In this document: one piece after another, positions 50,201 to 61,908 of the stretch
How the letters are laid out: each line of letters opens with the position of its first letter
Position numbering within the stretch: the first letter of the stretch is position 1
From: Camelus ferus
Taxonomy: Eukaryota
Length of the DNA stretch: 64,000 nucleotides
Assembly (NCBI RefSeq): GCF_009834535.1
Contig: NC_045696.1
Location: 60,018,001 to 60,082,000 of the forward strand
Direction of reading: 5' to 3'
Made by a program: the position numbers and the translations under genes
Notes under the pieces: model-generated
The model's input: only the letters and a program-made list of their open reading frames with translations
The model's database searches: none
What the model was told of the DNA's origin: nothing

Positions 50201-51531
50201 AGGGCTCGATGCCGTGTTGCCTGCAGCCGCCGTGGTGCTGTGAGCCTCCGTGGAGGGAGTAGCAGGGCTCGATGCCGTGGTGCCTGCAGCCGCCGAGGTG
50301 CTCTGAGCGCCCGTAGAGGATGGAGGAGAGGTTGATGCAGTGGTGCTCTGAGTCCCCGTTGAGGAAAGAGGAGGGCTCGATACCGTGGTGCCTGCAATCA
50401 CCGTGGTGCTGTGCGCACCCGTGGAGGAAGGAGGAACGCTCGATGCCGTGGTGTCTGCAGCGGCCGTGGTGCTCTGAGCCACAGTGGAGGGAGTAGCAGG
50501 GCTCGATGCCGTGTTGCCTGGAGCCGCCGTGGTGCTCTGAGCTCCCGTGGTGGAAGGAGGAGGTCTCGATGCCGTGGTGCCTGCAGCCGCCGTGGTGCTC
50601 TTTGCCACAGTGGAGGAAGGAGGAGGGCTCGATGCCGTGGTGACTGTAGTCGCCGTGGTCCTCTGAGCTTCCGTGGAGGAAGGAGGAGGGCTCGATGCCG
50701 TGGTGCCTACAGACTTCGTGGTGCTCTGAGCCACTGTGGAGGGAGTAGCAGGGCTCGATGCAGTGGTAGCTGCAGCTGCGGTGGTGCTCTGATCCGCCGT
50801 GGAGGGAGTAGGAGAGCTTGATGCCATGGTGCCTGCAGCCACTGTGGTGCTCTTAGCCCCCGTAGAGGATGGAGAAGGGGTTGATGTAGTGGTGCTCTGA
50901 GTACCCGTGGAGGGAGTAGCAGGGCTCGATGCCGTGGTGCCTGCAGCCGCCGTGGTGCTCTGAGCCCCCGTAGAGGAAGGAGGAGGGCTCGATGCCGTGG
51001 TGCCTGTAGCCACCGTGGTGCTGTGAGCACCCGTGGAGGAAGGAGGAACGCTCGATGCCGTGGTGTTTGCAGCGGCCGTGGTGCTCTGAGCCACCGTGGA
51101 GGGAGTAGCAGGGCTCGATGCCGTGTTGCCTGCAGCCGCCGTGGTGCTCTTTGCCACCGTGGAGGGAGGAGGAGGGCTCGATGCCGTGGTGCCCGCAGCC
51201 CCCGTGGTGGGAGGAGGAGGGCTCGATGCCGTGGTGCCCGCAGCCCCCGTGGTGGGAGGAGGAGGGCTTGATGCTGTGGTGCCCGCAGCCCCCGTGGAGG
51301 GAGGAGGGCTCGATGCTGTGGTGCCGGCACCCCCTTTGGAGGGAGGAGGAGGGCTTGATGCCGTGGTGCCGGCAGCCCCCGTGGTGGGAGGAGGCGGGCT
51401 CGATGACGTGGTGCTGGCAGCCCCCGTGGAAGAAGGAGGAGTGTTTGATGTTGAATTGCCTGCAGCCCCTGTGGAAGAAGGAGGGATTGATGTGGTGAGG
51501 CTTGTAGCAATTATGGTGGGAGGTCTATTCG
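38220..51531 (-). CDS. MUC13: MUC13 exon 2: giant PTS mucin domain (about 4,437 codons), with one +1 frameshift at about 38760 in this sequence
   Basis: Acceptor tttgttcctccag|CG at 51531 is in phase with exon 1; 4374-aa ORF 38447-51571 plus ORF 38215-38727 carrying the repeat end; phase-1 donor CAG|GTTAAG at 38220 (alternative AAG|GTAATT at 38304); length 13312 = 3n+1. Confidence 0.9.
38320..51500 (-). repeat. Coding VNTR of 63-bp (21-aa, TTAAAGTTASSPPPSSTGAQS-like) and 45-bp (15-aa) units in higher-order blocks
   Basis: Read directly; near-identical out-of-frame ORFs recur at 45956, 46757, 47621, 48341, 49376, 50411 and at 40916, 41717. Confidence 0.97.
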
Positions 51532-51675
51532 CTGGAGGAACAAAGATATCAAGTTTTAGAAGACAAAACATTGAATATATAATAGCAGCTGCTATTATTT
51601 AAAACGAATTAGTACCTAATGTATTCTTTTCTGAAAAATAAGTATCGTGTACTACATTAAAAATAAAAAATATAT

Positions 51676-54600
51676 GGAGGTTAGAGGTCAAGGTGGTGGA
51701 GTAGTAGGACCCGGAGCTCACCTCTCCTCCTGACTACAACAAAACCACAACTGTCTGCTAAACAACCATCAAAAAAATAAACCAACAAAACAAAATGAAA
51801 CAAAACAAAAAAACTGGGACCTAGCAAAAAAGATATTTCAACTGGAAACATAAAGATGGAACCACAGTGGAACGGCATGAAGGGTGTGATCACAATGTAA
51901 TCGGGCCAAAGCCCCACTGGGGTGGGCGACCTACAAGCTGAAGAACAATTAAGTTGCAGGGCCCCTCCCACAGGAGTGAGAGTTCTGAGCCCCATGTCAG
52001 GCTCCCCAGCCTGAGGTCCTGGCATTGGGAGGAGGAGACCTAAGGACATCTGGTTTTGAAGACTAGCAGGACTTAGCTCCAGGAGCCCCACAGGACGGGG
52101 TGAAACAGAGGCAGTGATTTCATACAAACCTGGGCCAGACCTGCCTACTGGTTTGGAGGGTCTCCTGGGGACATAGGGGATGGCTGTGGCTCACCCTGGG
52201 GCCATGAAATCTGGTGGCAGACATTCTGGGAGTGTTCATCTACGTGAGCTTTCCCAGAGGCTGACATCTTGCTTGGGACATTAGCACCAAGACCTAGCCC
52301 CGGCAAACAGCCTAAAGGCTTAAGTGCTGGGAAGCCTCAGGCCAAACAGCATACTGGGTGGGAACACAGCCCAACCCATCAGCAGACTTCCTGAGCCTTG
52401 AACCCCCCTCTAGACACGACCCTAGAGATGGCCCTACCCACAGAGGACCAGGACCAAGCCTCACCCAGCATTGGACAGGCACTAACTCCTCCTGCCAGGA
52501 AACCTGCATAAGGCTCTAGTCCAGCCTCACCCACCAGGGGGAAGAAGATATCAGAAATAAGAAAACAACAATCCCAAAGCCTGTGGAAGGAATCCACAAA
52601 CACAGGCCAGATTCTACCCTGGGACTGGCTGGACCCTGGCCCTTGGGTGACAAGAGAAGAGTGTACTGCTGGGATGCATAGGACATTTCCCACAGAAAGC
52701 CAATTCTCCAAGGTCAAAAAATATAACTAAACTACCAAAAAATACAAATAGAAAGATAGTATGAGGCAGCAGAGAAATATCTTTGAGGCTAAAACACAAG
52801 ATAATAAAATTCCAGAAGAAGATATTAGTGATGATGAGATAGACAATCTATCCAAGAAAGAGTTTAGAGTAATGATGGTGAAGATGTTTAGAGAACTTAG
52901 AAGGAGTATAGATGCACAGGGGGAAGTTTTTAGCAAAGAGTTAGAAAATATAAAGAATGCCCAAAGAGAGTGGAAGAATAAAATCACTGAAATGAATAAC
53001 ACACTAGAAGGAACCAAGAATACGACTAAATGAGACAGAAGAACAAATCAGTGAGCTAGAAGACAGATTAGTGGAATTCACTACTGTAGAACAGAAAAAA
53101 GAAAAAAAGAATGAAAAGAAATGATAGTTTAAGAGAAGTCTAGGACAACATGAAGAGCACTAATATTCACATTATGGGGGGTCCCAAAAAGATGAGAGAG
53201 AGATAAAGAATCTGAGAATATATTCCAAGAGATAATAGGCCCAAACTTCCCTGACTTGGGAAAGGAAACTGTTAGCCAAGTCCAGGAAGCACAGAGAGTT
53301 CCATACAGAATTAATCCAAAGAGGAGCACACCAAGGCACATAGCAATCAAACTGACAAAATTAAAATCAGCAAGAGAAAAGCAACAAATAACATACAAGG
53401 GAACTCCTATAAGGTTATCAGCTGATTTTTCAGCAGAAATGCTACAGGCCAGAAGGGAGTGGCACAATATATTTAAAGTGATGAAAGGGGAAAACTTACA
53501 ACCAAGAACACTCTATCTAGCAGGGCTCTCATTCAGATTTTATGGAGAAATCAAAACCTTCTCAGATAAACAAAAGCTAAAAGAATTCAGCACCACCAAA
53601 CCAGCTTTACAACAAATGTTAAAGGAATTTCTCTAGTTATCAACCCACAAGGAAAAAGAAGAAAAAGAAGAAAGAAAGAAAGAAACTAAGAAAAAGGACC
53701 TACAAAAACAAACCCAGAACAATTAACAAAATGGCAATAAGAACATACGTATCAATAACTACCTTAACTGTAAATGGATTAAACACACCAACCAAAATAC
53801 ATAGACTGGCTGAGTGGATACAAAACAAGACCCATATATATGCTGTCTACAAGAGACCCACTTCAGAGCTAGGACACATGCAGGCTGAAAGGCAATGGAA
53901 AAAGAGATTCCATGCAAATGGAAACCAAAAGAAAGCTCAAGTAGCAATACATCTATCAGACAAAATAGATTTTAAAATAAAGACTGTTACAAGAGACAAA
54001 CAAGGGTACTACATAATGCTCAAGGGATCAATCCAAGAAAAAGATATAACAATTGTAAATACATATGCACCCAACATAGGAGCACCTCAGTATCTAAGGC
54101 AACTATTAACAGATATAAAAGGAGAAATTGGCAATAAAACAATAGTGGGGGACCTTACCACCTCACTTACATCAGTGGACAGATCATCCAGATAGAAAAT
54201 CAATAAGGAAATATGGGCCTTAAATGACACATTAGACCAGAGGGACTTAATTGTTATCTGTAGAGGATTCCATCCAAAAGCGACAGGATATACATTCTTC
54301 TCAAGCACACATGAAACATTCTCCAGAACTGACCACATGCTGGCCCACAAAGCAAGCCTCGGTAAATTTTAGAGAACTGAAATCATACCAAGCATCTTTT
54401 CCGACCACCATGCTATGAGGTTAGAGATCAACTATAAGAAAAAAAAAAAAAAAAAAAAACAAACCCCAAAACCTGCAAAAACTGCAAACACGTGGAGGCT
54501 GAAAACAATATGCTACTAAACAACCAATGGATCACTGAAGAAATTAAAGGAGAAAACAAAAAATACCTTGAGACAAATGAAAATGAAAACACAATGATCC

Positions 54601-57600
54601 AAAACCTCTGGGATGCAGCAAAAGTAGTTCTAAGAAGGAAGTTTATAGCGATAAAAGCTTACCTCAGGAAACAAGAAAAATCTCAAGTAAACAACCTAAC
54701 CTTACACGTAAAGCAGGTAGAGAAAGAAGAACAAACAAAATTCAAAGTTAGTAGAAGGAAAAAAGATTAGAGCAGAAATAAATGAAATAGAGACTAAAAA
54801 AACAATAGACAAGATCAATAAAACTAAAACATGGTTCTTTGAAAAAATAAATGAAGTTGATAAACCTTTGGTCAAACTCATCAAGAAAAAAAGGGAAAGG
54901 GCCCAAATTAACAAAATCAGAAATGAAGAAGGAGAAGTTACAATTGACACCACAGAAATATAAGGGATCAAAAGAGGCTACTATGAGCAACTATATGCCA
55001 ACAAAAAAGGACAACCTAGAAGAAATGGATAATTTCCTAGAAAGGTACAATTTGCTAAGACTGAACCAAGAAAAAATGGGAAATATAACTAGACCAATTA
55101 TCAGTTCTGAAATTGAATCAGCAATTTAAAAAAGTCCCAACAAACAGAAGTTTGGGAGCAGATGGCTTCACAGGTGAATTCTACCAAACATTTAGAGAAG
55201 AGTTAACACCTATCCTTCTGAAACTATTCCAAAAAATTGCAGAGGAAGGAACACTTCCAAACTCATTCTATGAGGCCATCATCACCCTGATTACCAAAAC
55301 CAAAGATATCACACAAAAAGAAAATTATAGGCTAATATCATTTATGAAGATAGATGCAAAAACCCTGAACAAAATACTAGCAAATCATCTCCAATGATGC
55401 ATTGAAAGGATCATACACCATGATCAAATGGGATTTATTCCAAGGATGCAAGGATTTTTCAATATCCGTGAATCAATCAGTATGATACACCACATTAACA
55501 AATTCAAGAATCAAAACCATATGATCATCTCAATAGACGCAGAAAAAGTTTTTAATAAAATTCCACATCCATTTATAATGAAAACTTTCCAGAAAGTGGG
55601 CATAGATGAAGCATACCTCAACTTAATAAAGGCCATATATGACAAGCCCACAGCTAACATCATACTTAATGGGAAAAGCTCAAAGCATTTCCTCTAGGAT
55701 CAGGAACAAGACAAGGATGCCCCCTCTCACCACTTTGATTCAACATAGTTTTGGAAGTCCTAGCACTTACAATCAGAGAAGAAAAAGAAATAAAAGGAAT
55801 CCAAATTGGAAATGAAGATGTAAAACTATCAGTGTTTGCAGATGACATGATACGATACATAGAAAACTCCAAAGAAGTGACCAGAAAACTACTAGAACTC
55901 CTCAATGAATTTGGTAAAGTTGCAGGATAAAAAATTAATACACAGAAATAAGTTGCATTTCTATACACTAATAACAAAATAGCAGAAAAAGGAATTAAGG
56001 AAACACTATCATTTGCCATCATACCAAAAAAAACAAAAAAAAAAAAAAAACCTAGGAATAAACCTACTCAGGGAGGTAAAAGATCTGGACTCAGAAAAAT
56101 ATGACACTGATGAAAGAAACTGAAGATGACATAAACAAATGGAAAGATATACCATGTTCTTGGATTGGAAGAATCAACATTGTTAAAATGGCCATACTAC
56201 CCAAGGCAAGACACAGATTCAATGCAATCCCTATCAAATTACCAATGATATTTTTCACAGAGCTGGGACAAAAAAATGTTAAGATTTGTATGGAAACACA
56301 AAAGACCCCAAATAGCCAAAACAATCTTGAAAAGGAAGAATGGAGCTGACGGAATCACACTCCCTGGCTTCAGGCTATACTACAAAGCTACAGTAATCAA
56401 AGCAGTATGGTACTGGCACAAAAACAGACACATAGATCAATTGAACATGATAGATAGTCCAGAAATAAACCCACACACTTATGGTCAATTAATCTACAAC
56501 AAGGGAGACAAGAATACACAATGGAGAAAAGATAGTCTCTTCAACAAGTGGTGCTGGGAAAACTGGACAACTACCTGTAAAAGATTGAAATTAGATCTCT
56601 AATGCCATATACAAAAATAAACTCAGAATGGATTAAAGATCTAAATATAAGACCAGATACTACAAAACTCCTAGAGGAAAACACAGGCAGAACACTCTTG
56701 GACATAAATTACAGCAATGTATTTTTTGAACCAGCTCCTAGAGTAATGGAAATAAAAGCAAAAATAAACATATGTGATCTAATTAAACTTAAAAGCTTTT
56801 GCACAGCCAAGGATACCATCAACAAAATGAAAAGATAACCTACAGAATGGGAGGAAATATTTGTAAATGATCTGACCAAGAAGGGACTAATTTCCAAAAT
56901 ACACAAACAGCTCATACAGCTTAATATCAAAAAAACAAGCAACCCAATTGAAAAAAAAATAGGCAGAAGACCTAACGGACATCTCTCCAAGAAGACATCC
57001 AGATGGCCAACAAACACATGAAAAGATGCTCAACATCACCAATTGTTAGAGAAATGCAAATCAAAACTACAGTGTGATATCACCTCACACAGGTCAGAAT
57101 GGCCATCAAGAAGTCTACAAATGAACACAACATTGTAAAATGATTATAAATCAATAAAAAATGTTAAAAAAAAAGAAGAAGTCTACAAATGATAAATGCT
57201 GGAGAAGGTGTGGAGAAAAGGAACCCTCCTACACTGTTGGTGGGAATGTAAATTGGTTTAGCCACTATGGGGGGTAGTATGGAAATTCCTTAAAAACTAA
57301 AAATAGACTTACCATATGATCCAGCAATCCTGCTCCTGGGCAAATATCCAGAGAAAACTCTAATTCAAAAAGACACATGCACCCCAATGTTCACAGCAGC
57401 ACTATTTACAATAGCCAAGACATGGAAACAACCCAAATGTCCATCAACAGATGGCTGGATAAAGAAGCGGTGGTATATTTATACAATGGAATACTACTTG
57501 GCAGTAAAAAAGAATGAAATAATGCTATTTGCAGCAATATGGATGAAACTGGAGAATGTCCTTTTAAGTGAAATAAGTAAGAAAGAGAAAGAAAAATACC

Positions 57601-57983
57601 ATATGATGTCACTTACATGTGGAATCTAAAAAAAAAAACAAACAAACAAACTTATTTACAAAACAGAAACAGACTCACAGACATAGAAAACAAACTTACG
57701 GTTGCTGGGGCGGGAAGAGTGTGGGAAGGTGTAAATTGGGAGTTTGAGATTTGCCGTCACTAATATATATAAAATAGATAAACAACAAGTTTATACTGTA
57801 TAACACAGGGAACCATATTCGATATCTTGTAACCTATGGTGAAAAAGAATATGAGAACAAAACTATGTATGTTCCTATGTGACTGAAGAATTGTGCTGTT
57901 TGCCAGAAACTGACACGATATTGTAAACTGACTGTACTTCAATGAAAATACATTACAAAAAAATACAATAAACAACAAAAAAA
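51676..57983 (+). mobile_element. Near full-length, inactivated L1 (about 6.3 kb) in MUC13 intron 1, antisense to the gene
   Basis: 5'UTR, ORF1 pieces 52761-53636 (RLSADFSAE), ORF2 pieces 53731-57629 (endonuclease start MAIRTYVSITTL.VNGLN, RT-region FADDM, C-terminal), 3'UTR and A-rich tail; many stops and frameshifts. Confidence 0.95.
57125..57175 (+). mobile_element. 51-bp L1 3'-tail insertion nested in the older L1
   Basis: acacaacattgtaaaatgattataaatcaataaaaaatgttaaaaaaaaag flanked by a perfect 17-bp TSD aagaagtctacaaatga (57108-57124, 57176-57192). Confidence 0.85.
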
Positions 57984-58155
57984 TTTAACAGACAAAACTG
58001 CAAAAGTTAATATGTATCTTATTCAGTTATATATTAATTCTATTATGGTAATGTGACATATAATTAATATGGAATCCATCATTTATGCCTGCGGTTGCAG
58101 AACTATCAGTGTGAGTTTAATACTCCTCAGAGCAGTTCTCTCTGACAACTAGAAA

Positions 58156-58173
58156 TGCCACCAGGTGGCGCTG
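58156..58173 (+). promoter_or_regulatory. Candidate CTCF site in MUC13 intron 1
   Basis: TGCCACCAGGTGGCGCTG closely matches the CTCF core CCACYAGRKGGCRS. Confidence 0.6.
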
Positions 58174-59335
58174 TTATGACCTGGAAGTGGCCTCGTTGAT
58201 CTCTTTACAGCTTAAGTCATTTGCCCCAATTTTCCAATACGGGGCATTTTAGCTGAAGGGTGGTAGGAAAGGGGAAGTGTTTAAAGAATGAGGAAATAAA
58301 ACTATATAATTAACTGTGTATTATACTTGCTTCAAATTTTTTCTAATGATGTTTACTCATTCATAATTCTAGACACAAAACCCTTTAAAGAGTAAGATGA
58401 ATAGAGATGATATTTGCCCTAATGGCTAGGGGATCATCAAAGTTGCCTTTTTTCAAGTCTTAGGAACCCCTGGACACAGAGGGCAGTAAACTCTCAGTGA
58501 TCCAGTCATCACTTTTCTAGAACACTGCACTGTCTCTAAGAACTCTGACAGTGATGTTAGGTTAAAAAAACTTATTAAAAGAAAATGTTTTAGTGAGGAA
58601 GCTATTCCTAAACCTTCAGACATAGAAAATTGCTGAAGATGCTACCTGACTCCCCCTTGGGTCTGGAAGCTTTGGTGCAGAATCTGGCTCCTCACCTGGA
58701 ACAGGGCCTGCCTGAAGCAGTCCTTCATAGGCACCCGCTTTTCAGGGGTAAGAAAGTAGTTCCCCAGCTGGCCATCGGGGCTGCTGCTACGCCTGCTCTG
58801 GCTACTACTCTCCTTTGTCAGGGGCTGACCCTGCGCCCAACAGGGCCTATGGAATAGATGTGAGCGTCCACATTTGACAGAAATGCCACCAACACTCAGA
58901 GGTATTAAGGAATTGGCCAGAGGTAAGTTTCGATTCCCATGCGTAAGGGGCAATAAGCTCTGGATGCCAGAATCAGGGATTAAACCAGGTCCCTGCTCTG
59001 CAGTAGGACTCAGATGACATCTGGGGGTTAAAGAGAAGGGGGCATAGTGCACTGGGCCCTTGAACTACGAAGTTGTTCTTGTCTGGCTCCAGGACTCTCA
59101 AGGACAAACTGCTGGCTTGCCGAACCCCACATCTCAGTCCAGAGCCCTCTTTCTCTGCGGCTCAATCTGCCTTCATCACAGACTGAAACGCCTTGTGTGT
59201 TCGAGCCCAGTTGGAGGGGAAACTCCATCCACAATGTAGTGCACCTGATGGGGCTGTGGCAGCACAAGCCTGTGGAGTCTCCCTCAAAGACAACAAACAG
59301 GATTGAAAGAATCAAAAAGTTTAAATGTTCCTTAC

Positions 59336-59387
59336 CTGAGATTAGAAAAAGGAGGGCAGGCAGAGTGAGGTGACTGAAGGCTTTCAT
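59336..59387 (-). CDS. MUC13: MUC13 coding exon 1 (signal peptide)
   Basis: ATG at 59387; MKAFSHLTLPALLFLIS; 52 nt then CAG|GTAAGG donor, phase 1. Confidence 0.93.
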
Positions 59388-59439
59388 TCTCTATGTTCTT
59401 GCTGGGTAATCCGGGGAGAAAATGACTTCCCTCCTACTG

Positions 59440-59510
59440 TCTTTCCTTTTAACTCTCTCTCAGGTTCAAAGTCCAGTCATTAACTGATGTCAATCCAGTC
59501 AAAGGCAATT
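59440..59510 (-). promoter_or_regulatory. MUC13 proximal promoter: TATA-like TTAAAA, HNF4-type DR1 and HNF1-like site
   Basis: GGTTCAAAGTCCA (59463-59475) contains the HNF4 motif CAAAGTCCA; adjacent GTTAATGAC on the minus strand; TTAAAA about 60 nt upstream of the ATG. Confidence 0.55.
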
Positions 59511-60589
59511 ACCAGTTAGGGTTTGGTCATACAGCGTAGGTCTCTCCTGAGCTTTTGAGATTGAACAAGGAGGTGAACAAGGCCTTACAGATTATTTTTC
59601 TGTCTCATGGTCCAGGATAACTCAGGACAGTCCAAACATCCTTGGGAGTTTAGAAGGTGGTAGGTAGAGGGAAGTTAATATCTTTATATTCCAAATTTCC
59701 CCAAACTACCATCTTTTAGGAGGTGACCATTCCTTTAAACACCCAGTTATGTAGTTTCACTCACTCCATTTGAGTGTGGAGAATCCAGTTTCCTCCAGCT
59801 GTAGATCTGAGAACCCCTGAGGGGTGCTTCGTGTTTCCCCAACTGCTTGTTGCTTAGCTTTTGTCACCTTTCGCTGTGGACACCACTGGGCCTCTCTGAT
59901 GGTCACTTCCAGCGACTCTGTCATCATGCCTCCAAGCGTCCATGGTTCTCCACATATCTCTGTACCTGGACTCGGTCCCCATTAATGCCCTCAAAAGCAG
60001 TTAATATCAAATTGTAGCATTTACCCTAAGTGGCCTGAAAGCTGGTGGGTGACAGGTCAAGGAAGGGAAAATACAGTGCAGACAAGGAAAGACTTAAAAC
60101 AGATGACTGATCTCCTCATTCCTGGTCATTCACTGGAATGTCCCCCTCCCAGGTCCTCTGCTTACCTCTCAATCCCCAGCCCCTGGCCTCTCACCATGTT
60201 TCAGGAAGCAGCTTTAACACCTAGAGGAGGGTCTTCTCTATCCAGTCCTCCCTCTTTAACACCCAGGTCTCCAACCCCCTGCATTTAGCCCCAGGTAGAG
60301 GATGCAGCCAATAACACCTTGTGAGTGTTAGGCAGAGCTTTAAGTCTGACCTTAGCAAAAATGAAAAATTTTATGTTATTTCACAGCAGAGGAGTTCCCT
60401 GTTGTACCAAAAGTCTCTATTCAGGAATAGGTTTGGGGGTTTGCTCGTATACAGCTGAGAAGCGACTTAAATCTTTGTCCCGAGCAAAGACACCTCTCAG
60501 GCCCATGTGTCTTGCTCTTATTCTCAGCCTGAACGATTCCTGGCACCAGGAGTTAAACAAAGCCTTAAAGTCCTTTTCTCTTTTCTTTT

Positions 60590-61650
60590 TAAACTCACTT
60601 TATTAAGGTAGATGTAATTTACTTCAATAAATGAATTTATAGAAAGTGTAAAATTCAGTGAGTTATGATGGATGTATATACATGTGAAATCACCATTACA
60701 GTCAAGATATAGAACATTTCTATCACATCCAAAAGTTTCCTCTTGTCTATTTGCAGTCCATTCTTTCCTCCTTGTCCAACCCCAGGCAACCACTGATCTG
60801 CTTTCTGTCACTGGAGGTTAGTTTGCTTTTTTCAGAATTGTGTATAAATGGAGTCATGCAGTATGCACTATTTTATGTCGGCTGCTCTCCCTCAGCACGA
60901 TGACTGTGAAATTTGTCCACATTGCTTTGTACTAGTTCTTACTCTTTCCTGCTTCCTTCCTTCCTTTCTTTCTTTTATAAGTTCATGGTTGTATAATTTA
61001 TGTACACTGCACATATTTAAAGCTTCAACGTGTGCTCACCCAAGAAACCATTAACATAATCGAGATCTGAAACATTTTCATAATTCCCAAAAGTGCTCTG
61101 GTGTTCTTCCTTCCCACACCTCCAGTCAGAGGTAACCACTGATCTGCTTTCTGTCACTATAGATTCACTTGCACTTCCCAGAATTTTATATTAATGGAGT
61201 CATCCAGATAGGGGATTTGGGGGGTTATTTTTTGGTCAGGGTTCTTTGACTTAGCATCATTATTTTGAGTCATCTATGTTGTTGTGCATATTAATAGTTT
61301 GTTTTTTCTTATTTATGAACAGTATTCCACTGTATAGATGTTCTAGACATACCATGGCTTGTTTATTCATCTGTTGATAAATATTTGGATCATTTCCAGA
61401 TTTTAATTTTTACAAATAAAAGTGCCGTGAATATTCCCTGTACAAGTCTTTGTGTGGACATACACTTTTATTTCTCTTGGGTAAACAGTTACCTGTGGAA
61501 TGGCTGCATTATATGGTATGAATATGTTTCACTTTTAACAGACTCTCAAACTGTCTTCCAAAGTTGGACTATTTTATATTCCCATCAGTGATATATGAGT
61601 TCCAGTTGCTACCATTCCATGCCACACCTGGCTATTATCAGTCTGTATGA
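60590..61650 (-). mobile_element. Old L1M 3' fragments (minus strand)
   Basis: ccccaggcaaccactgatctgctttctgtcact appears twice; attttatattcccatcagtgatatatgag. Confidence 0.7.
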
Positions 61651-61669
61651 TATAAACCACTTTTATGGA

Positions 61670-61908
61670 ATGTACTTTGGTGCAGCCATTATGGAAAACA
61701 GTATGGTGATTTCTCAAAAAACTAAAAACAGACTTACCATATGATCCAGCAATCCCACTCCTGGGCATATAACCCGAGGGAACTCTAATGTGAAAAGATG
61801 TGTGTTCAGTAGCAGCACCCCCAGTGTTCACAGCAGCACTATATACAATAGGCAAGACATGGAAACAATCTAATTGTCCATTGACAGATGACTGGATAAA
61901 GAAGTTGT
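61670..61908 (+). mobile_element. L1 ORF2-end fragment interrupted by a younger L1
   Basis: ggtgcagccattatggaaaacagtatgg ... gactggataaagaagttgtg, then an abrupt switch to an L1 5' end. Confidence 0.75.

Noticed and set aside
38320..51500. CRISPR-like repeat/spacer reading of the array
   Set aside because: Eukaryotic DNA; the units are contiguous in-frame coding repeats with no unique spacers
51532..51571. N-terminus MFCLLKLDIFVPP of the 4374-aa ORF as the true start
   Set aside because: It lies in the polypyrimidine tract and acceptor; the real start with signal peptide is exon 1 at 59387
38328..51602. Many alternative-frame and antisense ORFs (LQAPRHRALLLPP..., RGGRRRARCRGAC..., MPWCLQPPW...)
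   Set aside because: Shadows of the 63/45-bp coding repeat; used only as landmarks for higher-order periodicity
52761..57629. Active L1
   Set aside because: ORF1 and ORF2 are broken by many stops, frameshifts, poly(A) expansions and a nested insertion
14065..59387. Calling MUC13 a pseudogene because of the frameshift
   Set aside because: One lesion inside a hard-to-assemble repeat; all other exons, splice sites, cysteines and promoter motifs are intact
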